A DNA stretch of 64,000 bases from Phoronis australis (Eukaryota > Animalia > Phoronida): the NCBI GenBank assembly GCA_002633005.1, contig NMRA01000019.1, positions 1,135,052 to 1,199,051 of the forward strand, written 5' to 3'. The position numbers were made by a program, and so were the translations under genes. Below the pieces are notes generated by a model. It had not been told where the DNA came from and did no database searches. It worked only from the letters and a program-made list of their open reading frames with translations. This document shows positions 40,801-53,897 of the stretch, piece after piece; position 1 is the first letter of the stretch; every line of letters starts with the position of its first letter.

Positions 40801-43800
40801 CAGATTTTCCAAAACTCTTGTCCTCGGCTCTGGCACATCCGAGGCACAACATAGTTCCCCGGAGCATTCGATTTCTTAACTAAATGTTCATGCAACCAAA
40901 TGCTGTCGATGGAAGAGAGCATAAATAGAAATTTATCAGAAAATTCGCTTTGTTACTCAGCTTAAAAATATAAGAAAAGTGGACCTTTAGCCATTCCTCC
41001 CACGACGCCGTTGTGACGGTGATGACCTTTTCTAGCAAGAGACGTCGTCTCTCTCGCTAAAGCAGAAAATCACCAGGACAAAGCACGTTATTGGTTAAAC
41101 AGACCATACGCATAGTATGAATCTTACGTGACACTGACTACACAACCTAGCAACCAAGCTATGTGAAGTGAACTATTTTTGCTCAGCCTTTTGTGAGTGA
41201 TATGTGTATTGCTGGCTTACGTAGTAAATACTATTTGACTGTCCCACGCTCAGTACCAGTTTTCAAAGGTATAAGTCATGTTGGCACCAGCGGTGGCGGC
41301 AGCATATGCCAACTGGTTCAGATATAATGTTATTTCTTGGTTTACAATTTCACTTCTTCGTCGTGTGTTTTGTCAACGAGATAAAGGTCAAAATGAACTC
41401 ACTGGCTATGGTCACAACAGAAGACCTCGTCTCTGATCCCACTCGGTTGGTTGCCGAGCACGTGTAAGCACCTTCGTCTGACGTCCCCGCCCTGCGGATG
41501 CGAAGAACACCCCTGTCGGCCTTAGAAATAAAACTCTCAGTTGCTTTCGTATTGCACTAACAACAGACACTAAAAAAACACTCAAAATTCGAAGACAGTT
41601 AAAACAACTAAGGTGAAACTCAAATATCGCCTATTTTGAAATAAATTGAGTTGCAACGTTGAGCATAATCGAAGAAGCAATTCATATCCGATTCCATCTA
41701 TAGGCTTGATGAGTGTATTCATGTAAAATTGGGATTGCGGTGTTAATAAATTAAGCCTCCTTGAAATGTTAAAGTCTCAACTGTACCTCATGGTTGCTGC
41801 GTAACGGTCCACCGTTAAACTGCCATCTTATCTCCGGAGTTGGAGTACCCGTCACAGTACAGCGCAATATGGCATCCTCTCCAGTATTGACGGAAACTCT
41901 GGTGGGATTGAGTTCTACGGATGGCCTCGTCTCTGTCATTAATAGCGTTTTAATAAGCGAGTTATCGAATTAGGCTTTTTGCTCTCATTAAACCGGTATC
42001 ACAATATTCCTTACCATGATAAAACATTTTCCGTTACCAACAAGAGCAACAAAAGCAGCAGCAACTCAAAAAAAAACACTTCAGACTTCATTGGGTTTAG
42101 CTAACCCTAAAATTGGGGATTAGAAAATGGCGCGTGTGTGCATTGCCTGTGACTAGAGTAGCCGGCATTTGGACAGTAATTAAAGAGCGAATGAGCGTGG
42201 GAAATGTAGTCAACACTCAAAGCATTTCGATTAAGAATTCAACATTTGACAGTTCAACTGGGACGAAATGCAACTTATCGAATCTATCGATTTGATTAGT
42301 GTTCCAAAATCCTTTATGTGTGTTTGTAGACGATGACATGATTACCGGCTAAGACATCTGGGTAGAGTTCAGTAACTTTCTCGCGGCTAGAAAAATCTAG
42401 CCAAAATCACAAGTTCTTAATTAAAATACACGGCAATGTCTCACGTAATCTCGCGATGCCTTGCTTTTTAGCGAGGTCCTACCATCACTGAACTCTACCC
42501 AGTTTGGTTTCGATTAAGATTTCCGACCTTCGAACATCGTATACACACCTATGAAAAATTCGATTGTGTATACCTGGACGTAAGGTAACAGAAACGTCTG
42601 AGTTACGCTACGTGCTTGGCTACACTTGAGCTTGGCTCACTATATAGTTTTATGGTTCGTACTTACCTTGGACGGTGATTCTCGACGTGTCTCTGCTAGT
42701 GCCTGCTGCGTTCGTCGCTATGCACGTGTACGTGCCGACGTCTGAGCTTGTGGCACTCCGGATTTGGAGGGTGGCGCCATATTGCTGTTGAGAATGTAAA
42801 AGAGGGTAAATTGACAGTAGGCCACGTTTAAGCGCCAGAACTTATACTAAACTAACGAACTTACGAACAATTGCAGTTACTGTTAGCGTGTAGTCCTTCA
42901 GTTGCCAGAAGCCAAAACAATTGTTATGATGAATTAGATCTCTTGAGCTTACCCGATGGTTTGATTTGAGTGGGCCGCCGTTAAACCGCCACGTGATTGT
43001 AGGTGTCGGTGTTCCAGTCACGGAGCACCTCAGAGTCACACGCCTCTGCTGTGCTAGAGGCACAGTCTTCGGCGCCACACTCACACTAGGACGTACACCT
43101 TGAATAGAAATATGGTGACAACTTGTCATTGAAATGTGTGGACAAGGTATTTACGCCATTTAGGAACGGCATGTATGGAAGCTAATAATGTCACTCTTAC
43201 GGTCACCTGGTTTGCATTAGATAGAGCGTAACGCCTCCACAACCTGGATACCAAGGCCACCAATATTGTGCTTGGTATGCAGAATTCCACTGTATATGAC
43301 ATACTCTCTGCGATGTTACGTTCCAGCTAAATAAAAACTAACTTATACATTGCTTTTGTAAATTCTAATGAGTATGAAATGCAGGCGTAGGACTAAACCA
43401 TCTTGACGAATAATCTGACTTCTTATTCATGTCAATTCGAAAACATCATGTACTCTTATACGTGCATAAGATTGAACAAATATGTGAACAACAAGGCCTG
43501 ATGCATTCAAGATACGAGATACCTAAAAAGTTTTAATATACGAGTACACGGTTTCGTTCACCATAAGTAATTAGATTCAAACAAACCAATTCAAATGCGT
43601 TCACCGTGTAAAGTGGACGACAGAGTAAGGATATTCACTAGATAGTCAAATGGTTGCCGTTATCTCATTTCTTTAATATTCAGCATTATAACATGCTCAA
43701 TTCTTTTCATGAGATCCACCTGCGCTTGAATTTGGCGAGCACATTTGATGATCAATCAGTTTTAGTAATTATCCGGTCATTCGCAAGGCCAGCCACGTTT

Positions 43801-46800
43801 TCAAAAAATACACCCCAGTGTCAGTATTCACAATGTTAGTTAGACCTCGACAAAAAGAAATCTTCAGAATATGGCAATAAAAGCCTACTTTCACTCCATC
43901 TATTTAATTATAAAGTGCTGTTCTGACATTTGCTTGTATTTTAATAGAAACCTGCATTTTATTGTTGGGTCCCTACGATCGAAGCACATAGAAAATCGCC
44001 TTATATATTCTTTCCTAGTTTTCCACCACGCAAGTGGGCATGCGCTGTGCACATTCCTAGTTCTGTCTCGAAACCGTGGGCTCGTGGACTTTCAGCAATT
44101 TCAGACCCCGTGTTTCTGGCCGGCCTCTATTAGACACTAGGCGCTTATCAGAGACTCAGCGTTTACTAATTACTAGGTCTTAACTACAATAACGGAACAG
44201 GAAAGTGATCTTTGCCAATCGTTCGCGTTGGGCCTATTGCAAGATTTCTGTTGTTTAATGAATAATGAATTCCGGCCCAAAATAATTGAGCTTCTCATAG
44301 CAGTTGTGTACAAATTCTCATTAGACTGTTTAGAAATTACAACATAAAAAGAAGTAAATGTCATCTGAATTACAAGTATCCTGTTTGGGATTTTATCTTT
44401 ATGCTTACCAGAGGGCGTGACGGTTACCCGGACTGTCTTCGTGTCGGTTCCCGCTGCGTTAGTAGCTACACACTGGTACAAGCCTGAGTCGGCCTGACTC
44501 CCACTGAATATTTGTAGAATGTTGTTCGTTACCTTGAAAGATAGTTGAATTCAAATTTCAAGTCATGCACACACATTGCGACAATTATTCAAACTTGTAT
44601 GAAAAACGGGGCTGTGAGACTGGTGACATTGTTTCATTCATCAGTACGCCTTTAAAATTGCAGCTGTTGATCGTAAGCAATAGCATATTAACTGACTCGA
44701 AAGAGGGTCGAAACCTACATTTTCAAGAGTTGAATTAATTTTTACATGGAACTTGATTTTCCGGTATTCGAGTGGGCTTGCAAATCTTCAGTAATGTAGC
44801 GGGAAATGAATGCACTTTTAACACGCGACACGACAATGACATTAGCAAGATGATCTGAGATCGCAAAATGAAAAAATGGTCGGCCCTCCTCTTTACATCC
44901 CGTCTTTCCTATCTGCACGTCTAATTCCCATTTCTTTTCCGTCTTTCTGATTTTAGATCTGTTCTTCTCATTGGCAATCCTAGTCTTACACAGTGGGTGA
45001 CAAAACCTGTCGCATGCGACAAGAATGGAATTACGCTACTGTACACTAATGTACGTGTCACGTCAGTCATACCCTGTGATTTCCTCGCAGAACAGCGCCA
45101 TTAAACTTCCACATTACTTGTGGCGTGGGGAACCCTGTGGTGGTACATATCAGAGTACCAGTGGCGCCCTCGTTGATGGTCAGAGAACTAGGATTGATGG
45201 AGACCGTAGGTTGAGTACCTTGAAGAACATTTTAAGCAAACATTATAAGGGCACAACATGCAGTTTGACATTTTTGCACGGTGGCGCTGTGATCGCTTTT
45301 CAAAATGTGCCACTGTGTCTTTTCCTACTTGCTAGTTTCTGAATATTTATCCCTTAATCGAATGATTAATTGGTTGACTCTATTTGCCTTCCCATTGTTG
45401 GGCCTAATAACCTCTCCGTAATTTTTAGTTTGCTGAAAAAAATATCATATTGTCTCGGGTATTTAACATAAACAGCAACTTTGTAAGCTCGCTGTTTCCC
45501 TGTGCGCCGCTAGGTGGCTGGGCTAAGCACGCGGGGAACCAGCGAGCTTTGTAAGCTGACACGTTGTAAAAACGTTCGTAGGGACGCCATGAGAGTAAAT
45601 CCACACTGCCTCCTCTAATTCACTGAATTAGATGAGGCATTGTAGCCTAGTGGGATAAGTACCCACTTCCTTTACTCGCGGTCGAGAGTTCAAGTCCCAC
45701 TTCGGCACACTGCTAGAACCTTGAGTCAGGTCTCTAGCTAGCCAGTTCGGTCTTAACTACATATTAATAAAGTATAAAAGAGTTCCAGATCAGTGACCAG
45801 TGCAATGCGCCCACCTGAGCGGCCTGCGCACGTACGGCACAACGTGCATCTGGCAGCCTGCAATTATTATTTTTTTTAATCAAAGAATTCTTGGTATAGC
45901 AGCAGGGGTTCTTGTGAAATTGGCTCTAAAGCTGGCGGCACTTTGCCCTCAGTGAAGACCGACAGATTCTTGAAAGATCATCTTGCAGCAATCAATCCAA
46001 AAATGTTATTCATGAGAGTAATTCTGCGGTGAAGTACATAATTCTGGCTGGGTTCATTAAAGAGTGACAGAGTTCATAGATAATACGTGCTGTTGAAATC
46101 CCAAGATTCCGTTCAAAAATTCAGTTAATTTTATCTGTAAAATAAAACATTTCAAATTTACTTGGCTTTCTTTGCACAACTAGACTTGCTTGAGCGTCTT
46201 GAAATCTACCACGAGATGTCGTAACTCGACAAATATAGTTTCCGCTATCACGCAAAGCAGCGCTTGGAATTCGCAGCCTTCCACCCACTACAGTAGAACC
46301 TGCAATAAGATATTTCAATGATGAAGTAACATATTTGCTTAGTCGGCGTATAATTGTCTAGGATATTGTCGTTATCGGATCCAACTTTTGCGTGGAATTG
46401 AAAAACTAGACGCAAAAACTCTAAATTAGCGTTAAGAGTTTAATTATGGACAGACAACCAAACGTTCTAAAATGCTGTTGGATTTGCAAGTTGCCATATT
46501 CGTCAATTTCTACATGACGTTATTGTGTACATATTCATCTGGAACAACTCGGATATTGTCGTCCCTCGTGTGTTTGATTTCATTTGAGATTACGAAAGGT
46601 ACGAGAGGATGCAAGCGAAGTGAATACTTAGATAGCTGGAAATTTACGAATGTAACATCAAATGACCGTGATATTTTGAGAGTAACAGACCTTCAGGAAG
46701 ACGCCCGTTCCCATTCCGAGACCACGTGATTGTTCTCGCTACACGACCTTCAGCTGTACATATAAATGTGGCAGGGTTTCCTTCTGTCACAGTGAGAAAT

Positions 46801-49800
46801 CTTGGACGAACGACGGCGAAAGTTACTGGAAACGTGGGTAGACAGCAGTTGAAATAAACAGATAGCTTAAGTAAATCTAGATGTCAATTTACGTCATCAA
46901 CAGCAATGTTTTGAGCACAATAATGGAGTTTTTGCCTTATTCAGAACAATTTCCGAAGAAAGTGATATCTCTGAGTGACTCAGCAATCATGACAGAGCCC
47001 ATTTTGAGGGAGTAACCTCTGAACATAGCGATGAATAAACTGACCACGGGACTGATGTCCAAATTTGTAAGATTTCTATGCCCAAGAATTTGTGTTTTGG
47101 GTATTTATCGTAGGTGTTACAATTATTCGCCACTTATTTCGCACACAAAATAATTCCCAAAATTGCCATTTACCATTATTAAAAGAATGATTACCGTTGC
47201 CAAAATTTACCAAAACTTGTTTTATGACATCTACACAATACAAACCATGTTAGCAACAGTCTAAAATTTTCTTAATGTTTACTCGATAAGGAACCTGACT
47301 TAAGACACAAGGCAAGGAGTATGAAAAATTCTGTTTGGACTCTTGCTGCACTTTTTCTTTTGACAGACGCTTTTATCTGCAATATTCATATACCCCTTAA
47401 TTCTGCAAATACAGTTCACTGTTTTCAGGAATGCGTTTCGCAGACACGTTTCTTGCGAGACAGGCGAAATCACGGAAAATCACGACAGCCAGTGAAAGGC
47501 CAGTATGCTGGAGAACTTACAAGTGATTGCTCAGTGTGGTTGGAAAGATAAGTAATGGGACAGAATTCCATAAGCGAATATTTCATTGCCGCAAATGCAA
47601 GACTGTTGTCAGTCTCGGGTCTATGATGGAAGCGCATGCCAGATACCAGTTCAGGGATGGTCATCTGCATCGCAGTCACGCTAATAGCGATGAAGCAGTA
47701 GTGCGAATACATGAATCAGTGTAGGTGACTCGGATATTTGATCACTTATTGGTTGCTCTCTACGTGAGGTCACGTCCTGCTTGGGAATTGTTTTCTACAA
47801 AATTCCTGTTTAAGAAGTTGACTCAAATGCAGTAGTGACAAAAGCCTTTGAATTATTGTACATTTACAATAACATGTTCTTCCCTGAACTCAGCCGCTTC
47901 CAAGGCAGGACTCTTACCACAGTCACGCTCATCTGAACCGTCCGAGCAATCATTCTGTTGGTCACATCGTAGGTTACTATTGATGCACTTGTGCCTGTTT
48001 GCGCACATAAACTGACCAGTCGGGCAGGAGGTCACCAATACTACAATATACAGGTTAGCAAGCAGTGGGTTACAGGTGTAGGCCTCAGTACTTGGTAAGG
48101 TCCCGGAATACATTGCAACTTTATGGCGTGTAAGAGTCAACCGCGTACAATCAAATACATCTTGGCAGCACAAAGCCCAGTTCACCAACTCAAACGAATT
48201 TGTTTAATTTGCGCGTAACGTTATCGCATTGCGCACTGATCAGTTGACTGTGTGTCTAGAAAATACGATGGTGTCGGAAATAGAACTTCAACACGAGTGA
48301 CGTGTAGTGTTACCTCTCTGAAAGTTAAATATTGATAGAAAAGTATTCTCGGTTGATTAATAATGTAAAAAGGCGAAAAAAATAAATCCACACCATTATG
48401 TGTAGCCCTAAGAGATCTTACAACCCAAGGTCAAAGTTTGTGGATTTTACACCCCAAGGTCAAATTTTGTGGATCTAGCAGACTATAGAGAGTTCACATA
48501 GTCGACTGTTTCTTTGCGCTATAGATGACGCTCATGTAAAGGTTGCTGGAGGCGTTTTAGCAAGGTCTGCTTTATCGTCTCTTGCAAATACAGGTACTAT
48601 GAAGTCATCGCCAGAAAGTTTACTGGGCAGGAACATACGGCTATAGATAAAACCAGCAATAGAATAGCTTAGAATATATAAGGAGTTGTTTAACCGGTTG
48701 TTTGGCTGGCATGTGGCAGCTGCTGAAATATAAATTATAAGTCATTGTTTGCGCCGGAAAGGCAAGTTTTACCTTGTTTGACGTATAAAATCGTTCTCAC
48801 TGTCTTGACTTTACTTCCACTCCTTGCTATGCAGTTGAAGTCCCGTTGATCCGCTAACGTAACTGATGGTATTCTCAGAACGCCATCGTCAGTGACTGTA
48901 GCCTTTGCAGGCAGTGGCGCCACCCATTGGACAGTTGGTGTTGGAGAGCCAGTTGCTATGCAACGGAATTCTGCATCCTGTCCAGTTGTAGCCTGAATAT
49001 AGCGCGGTTCGATGCGAACGTCGAATCTTGCTGAAATGATGGAATATTGATGAGAAGGCGACAGCCCTTGGCGAGAGAGAACAGTCTATACTGAATTAGC
49101 AATGACATTTTTCCGGTTAAGAACAGTAATCGTTCCCACTCCTCTAGCAAAGAAAGCCACCCGTTTTGAACCAATGTCTGTTGAAAGTCTTTCAGATGGA
49201 GGCATTTGATGGAGTGTCAAGTAGTGTCCCCTTTTAATGGAGGGATGTCAGCCGATAAGCGCTTGTCAGAGTTGATGCCGCCAGTTTTATGAAACATTGG
49301 TAAGTCCACCATAATTCAAAGGGCTCACCGCCTACCAGAATGGTAGTACCATAAAGTGTGCATTCGAGTTTCATTTTGGCAGCACGTTCAAACGTTCAGT
49401 TTCAAAGAGTCCTGATTTTGCCACTTACAGTTCACCCGAACCAGAGCAGAATCCATGACATCATTTCCACCATTCGAGCCTGTGCAAACGTATGAACCGG
49501 CGTCCTCAGGCGAGACATTTCTGATGGTCAGAATTTGGCTCCGTCTATTGCGCGTGACACCGCCCTCTTGCGACGGCAGAATGCCTGGGCTTCCTTCTTT
49601 AGTCCACTTCATTGTGAACCTTACCTTTAAAATGACAAGAACCACAAATGGCTTTGACACCAGCTGCACCATTCAACACTTTTATTTGAATAATAAGCCA
49701 GTAGCTTCTTTCTTCATATATAACCTTTGACCCTATGACGGCACTCCAGTCTGTCTCCAATTTTCAAAAAAAGTTCGACAATGTAAGCCTACGTTTGATG

Positions 49801-52800
49801 TGTGCAGCTCAAAGTGGAGACTATTATTTAGGCGACGATCGAAATTAGATTATCTTTTCTGAACCCGAAAAGTGTGTATAGTGCGCTTCATAAGAAATAG
49901 AACCTATCTATTAGAAAAAGTTGGCAATCGTCATGTATGATTAAAATCAGTACAAAACACCAAAAATTGTAAATTATATCTGTGTCTTTTATTTTTTTTA
50001 TGCTGTATACTAACAAATGTGACACACTGTAGAACGCGTACGTAGAACATGGAGTATACGAATAGAAAAGTTTTACCGTGTTTATTCCTGTTGCCGTGCA
50101 GACAAACCGGACCAATGACCCGTGTGGCACTGTTACTACTTTTGGACCGTCAATTTCAACTTTAAGTACTGTTTCTGGAACAAGACATTAATATTTCAGG
50201 AGAGAGTTGGACATCTTTTGCTATGTGTGGGACAACGAGGTCAAAGTACGGTCACAGAAATGTACTGTGGTAAATTACCCCGTCAAAAACTCTAGATTTT
50301 CTATTATTTTATAGATTTTATATGGTCATTTTGTGAATATAGGTCTAGCGTAAGTGAAAGTCTCCTCAAACAGGACAAAACACTGAGCACGGCTCTGTTT
50401 TAAGCTGAGCTTCCTTTTGGATTTTCAGCTTCGACTAGTGTCACACATTTATGAGTTTTAACTAAACCGATATTTTAGAGTTCATTTGTACGAAACGTCC
50501 AATCATCATCATCGTTTTAAGATAAAAGGAAAACAAAAAAATAAAATTTATGGATGTCTGTTGCTACACAATAAATTGTCGCGGTAAATGTTTTATAAAT
50601 TGTGAGTTACAAAGTCCGCAAAGGATGAAATGTTCTAACTGTATTCTTCGATTGTAGAAATATTCGTTCTGTTTTCTGAAGTGTTCAAAACAAAAACAAT
50701 TTTTTACTAGCAGAAACTTGTCCAGACACCGCAGTGGTTTCAGTCTTGATCGAGTTTGCTATATTGTACAACAGATAAGCAATTGTTACATTATCATACC
50801 TAGGACACCGTGAGTTGTAAACAAACCAGTGAGAACAACAATACATTTAATAACCAATGCACTTCCTATCACTGATGACCTGTGTGATACTGTGCTATGA
50901 GTCTTCGATATCCGTCCTGTTTGGTGTCATTAGTGACGCATCAACAGCCTCAGTGTTTTTGTGAAGGCGTTATGACTCTGCATCCCAGTGCAATTTGGTT
51001 TATGATGCTTCTCCTCTAGCTTTCCAAAACAAGCAAAGCTGAATGCTAGGCTTTGGGTTACGCTATTTCACAAAGTGCACAATAACAAGATCAACCGAAT
51101 AATATGACATAATGCACCCCCACCGCCCAACCCCACCTCCGACACCACCCATGTCAAAAACCCGTGCTCGCCACCAGTTTCGCGGCCATTTGGGTTTCAG
51201 TAACTTTACAGTTGATTCGATTCTCTCCCTCCCTCCCTCCCTCTCCCCTCCCTCCCTCCCGGCCTCCCTCCCTCCCTCTCTGTCATCTGACAAGGAGTCC
51301 TGGTTATTGTGGGCGGAAGCAGAAAGTAGCAATGTCGATCATGGGCATCTGACAGTCTCTTTAGGAAATGGATGACAGATATGACAAGCAAAAATAGCCT
51401 ATCAGGTGTACATTATTCCATTCAAAGACACTGTGCCTTGATACTGTGCTCAGTAAATGTAGAGGAACACGGTTGGAGTTACAGTGTAAATTGCGAGGAA
51501 AAATAATGCAATAAGAAAAACACAACATTTTGGTAGCTTCAAATAAACATTTCCTCAGCGGTTTCACAGTGGTATCGTTTGCTTAAATATTTGCTGAAGA
51601 GGAAACGTTCTTTATTAACAAACACTTCTCTATATTTAGTATCAACTTCAAGTTTAACACCTACCATCCACCGTAACGGTAGCTGTATCCGAACTCTCCC
51701 CTGCTGCATTCTTGGCCGTGCATTTATACCCGCCCCGGTCAGTAACGTCCACGTCAGGTATTGTCAGTTTGTAGTCTTGTGACACCCTGGCCTTTCTTGG
51801 TAACGAGGATCCGTCCGCTCGCAGCCACATAATGTCCAAGGGACCGGTTCCCAAAACCCTGCAGCTCATTACTGCTGTATCGCCTTCTCGCACATTTAGA
51901 AGTCGTGGATCCGCGGTCACAACAGGTTTATCAACTGAAAAAAGCAATATACTATCTACATTTGTTGCGTGTTTCTGTAAATATAATTAATTCAGTCAAA
52001 ACACTGACCTGGGAGTCCCCAGTCTTCCATAGTAGAAGTTAATATATGGCTTCAAAATGGCAAGACTACTGCTATTTGCAAATTGTACCCTTGTTTTTCG
52101 AAATCTTTTACTCTTGGACTGGTTCCCAGTCCGCAGTTCATGTATGCATTCCTTTGTAGGGCTCACCTGGCAATTTGGACTGTAACAGTCAAACCAGTTA
52201 CACACGCGAACAGGCACAAAAACTATGATATTTCTCACTTATTTTGAAAACAAATATTGCAAAACGGGATCATATTTCTATTTTCCAATGGCGGATTACA
52301 TTTTTGCAAATAGTGGAAACTTAACTAAATGATATTTTATGACATCTACACACTGCAAATGATGTTGCTAATCTTCACTTTTGTGGAGAAATTTAACGAC
52401 ACGGAATTTCAGTCGTTATCCCCTTTATCTAGAGCCTCAGAGGATTTTGGAGAATTATCGCCCTCAGGGCTAACTCCATGTAATAATCTATATTTATTGG
52501 CTATATTGTGTGCTAAATAAGTGAAGAATTGACGTGATTAATAGTTTGTACACACATGTTGTATACTGCTAGCTGCTACGTTGATAAACAGATGCTCCCC
52601 CGCAAAACATGTAAACTCCAGACATCTGGGAGTGTCTCACAGCAAAAGAAAAAGCATTCCACAACTTTTTCAATGAGTTTTCTGGGCTGGCTTCCAACCT
52701 AAATATATTTTGGGTTTTCCTATGGTGTATTTTGTTACATGGTCAAAGAGCGTATTGTGTGAATCTGCAGAGTATTGCTCCGGTGGGGCTGACATAATTG

Positions 52801-53897
52801 GTTTGATGTAAGTGTTTACACATCGAATAACAAAATAACCACCACGCCTCTGGTATCCTGGCGTGATGATGTGTTCTTCGAGTGATCCCACATGTTGCAG
52901 GTCGACTGACTGTCCCGCCATACTATCGGTTTTGTGGTTTGTCTGGATATATATTCTGAGGGGGCGGCAAAACCTAGTCCCGAACTCGTACCGATGTCCA
53001 CGCAAAGCAAACTGGGGTAATATGACTGAATCTATTGTAATCACTAGATAATAGCAATACTGTTTGCTTGATATCATGGTTTAGGAATTTTTGTTCAGTT
53101 TATTTATACAAAGGAGAGCAACATGGTTTGTTTTCTGTTAAGGGAAATACCAAGGATTGTTTTTGAATGTAATTTGAGATGAGTTGAATCCTTACTTTTT
53201 AGAAACTCTATTTTCTTGAAGAACTGCTTAACTGCAAACGAAATTTCGCTACACTGATTCTGAGACACGGTGAAAATATTTTCAGAAAAGTTTTGATAGG
53301 TAATTTTTTAGTTGCTTCAGTGTTCCTGTCAAATATTAATTCTGTTTGTTCTTCGACGAAATGTTTAAGGGAGAAGGCCAAAAAAAGTTGCAATGTGGTT
53401 AAGGTTTGCTACTGCCAATGTAGTAGCCTAATTTTCTCATTCTAGCTGAACTTTGCTGTAAACCAAAAGTTGCTGTTTTAAATACATTAGTACCCAAGAC
53501 TGCGAAACGCATTAAGCAATTTGAGCTGAAGTCGTGGCATTAACAATAAGTGACTTCGGTTATTCTCATGAAACATTGGGGGGTTCAAACGCCGTGTCAG
53601 GGTATGGTTTTGTATAGAGGCCTGTTATTTGGTTACAGTTATGTTCTGCAAACCGAGTGGCAGTAGTTGCGGGGAAACATGTTTTAAATGCGACTGTCGA
53701 CAGAACAGACTGAACATTTTTAAGTAGAAGTTTCGGGATTCTGATACAAATATAAACAACATTCTCCAGCTGCACTTACCGTTTATTTTAACACACGTCT
53801 CCGCTGACGGTTGCACAAGGCCACGATTGCACGTACAAGAACAATTCATGAGATAGCCATACAACATGACACAGTAGTTCGCCGCTACCGCCACCAT
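19516..53897 (-). CDS. Perlecan/HSPG2-like extracellular matrix protein: 3 Ig, LDLa, ~19 Ig, laminin-G, EGF (more than 40 exons)
   Basis: About 22 I-set Ig domains with C...W...D.G.Y.C motifs in phase-consistent GT-AG exons from 51934 down to about 23080. One LDLa exon and a complete LamG followed by EGF and TAA. The 5' end (53780-53897) is tentative. Confidence 0.88.
20772..20840 (+). mobile_element. Degenerate tRNA-derived SINE head inside an old repeat-rich intron segment
   Basis: TGGTGCTGTGGTAAAGAACGC...GGTCGTGAGTTCGAGT has A/B-box spacing. Confidence 0.45.
24363..24576. mobile_element. MITE with 15-bp TIR and 5-bp TSD (TATTG)
   Basis: tattg|CATGCGCGCACCCAG...CTGGGTGCGCACATG|tattg. Confidence 0.9.
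27482..27768. mobile_element. Foldback/hairpin MITE with ~63-bp inverted arms
   Basis: 27482-27544 is the reverse complement of 27706-27768 (about 90% identical). The interior has atttgcggcg(t)aaagta subrepeats in both orientations. Confidence 0.85.
31887..32168. mobile_element. MITE with 15-bp TIR and 5-bp TSD (ACCCT)
   Basis: accct|CATGCGCACACCCAG...GGTGCGCGCATG|accct. Confidence 0.9.
35162..35390. mobile_element. MITE with 15-bp TIR and 5-bp TSD (TAACA)
   Basis: taaca|CATGCGCGCACACAG...CTGGGTGCGCGCATG|taaca. Confidence 0.9.
38564..41932 (-). CDS. Three tandemly duplicated two-exon Ig modules (146-nt plus 118-nt exons) of the perlecan-like gene
   Basis: Exon pairs 41787-41932/41403-41520, 40461-40606/39397-39514 and 38920-39065/38564-38681 have identical lengths and share TRPSV...VTGTPTP.I.W.FNGG.LRSNHE / LRIR.A..SD.GAY...ATN..GS.T.SSVV. 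Confidence 0.9.
39570..39894 (-). mobile_element. 3' remnant of a non-LTR retrotransposon (RTEX/L1-like C-terminal CCHC region)
   Basis: DRVCVLCSQNSIDDEYYIVLVCNSFSEIRAK matches R.C..C....EDE.H....C..Y...R. It is followed by an A-rich tail (aaataaataaaataa on minus). Confidence 0.75.
42358..42502. mobile_element. Small MITE with perfect 16-bp TIR
   Basis: CTGGGTAGAGTTCAGT...ACTGAACTCTACCCAG. No clear TSD. Confidence 0.65.
45487..45551. repeat. Short hairpin element
   Basis: agctcgctgtttccctgtgcg...cacgcggggaaccagcgagct, with ttgta on both sides. Confidence 0.55.
45634..45875 (+). mobile_element. tRNA-derived SINE
   Basis: TGTAGCCTAGTGG (A box)...GAGTTCAAGTCCC (B box), a central gaaccttgagtcagg segment and an ATT/T-rich tail. 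Confidence 0.7.
47918..48040 (-). CDS. Single LDL-receptor class A exon of the perlecan-like gene
   Basis: SCPTGQFMCANRHKCINSNLRCDQQNDCSDGSDERDC in a 123-nt symmetric phase-1 exon. Confidence 0.93.
51224..51280. repeat. (CCCT)n-like polypyrimidine tract
   Basis: ctctccctccctccctcc... run. Confidence 0.85.
53780..53897 (-). CDS. Candidate first coding exon of the perlecan-like gene
   Basis: ATG...MVAVAANYCVMLYGYLMNCSCTCNRGLVQPSAETCVKIN ends at a phase-1 G|GTAAGT donor compatible with the first Ig exon (51665-51934). Only a weak signal-peptide match. Confidence 0.4.

Noticed and set aside
47470-47712. 80-aa ORF with a GTAAGT donor as an alternative first exon
   Set aside because: The donor is phase 0 while the next Ig exon needs phase 1, and there is no recognisable motif.
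52670-53077. 135-aa minus-strand ORF in the first intron region
   Set aside because: No domain motif and no convincing in-phase donor.
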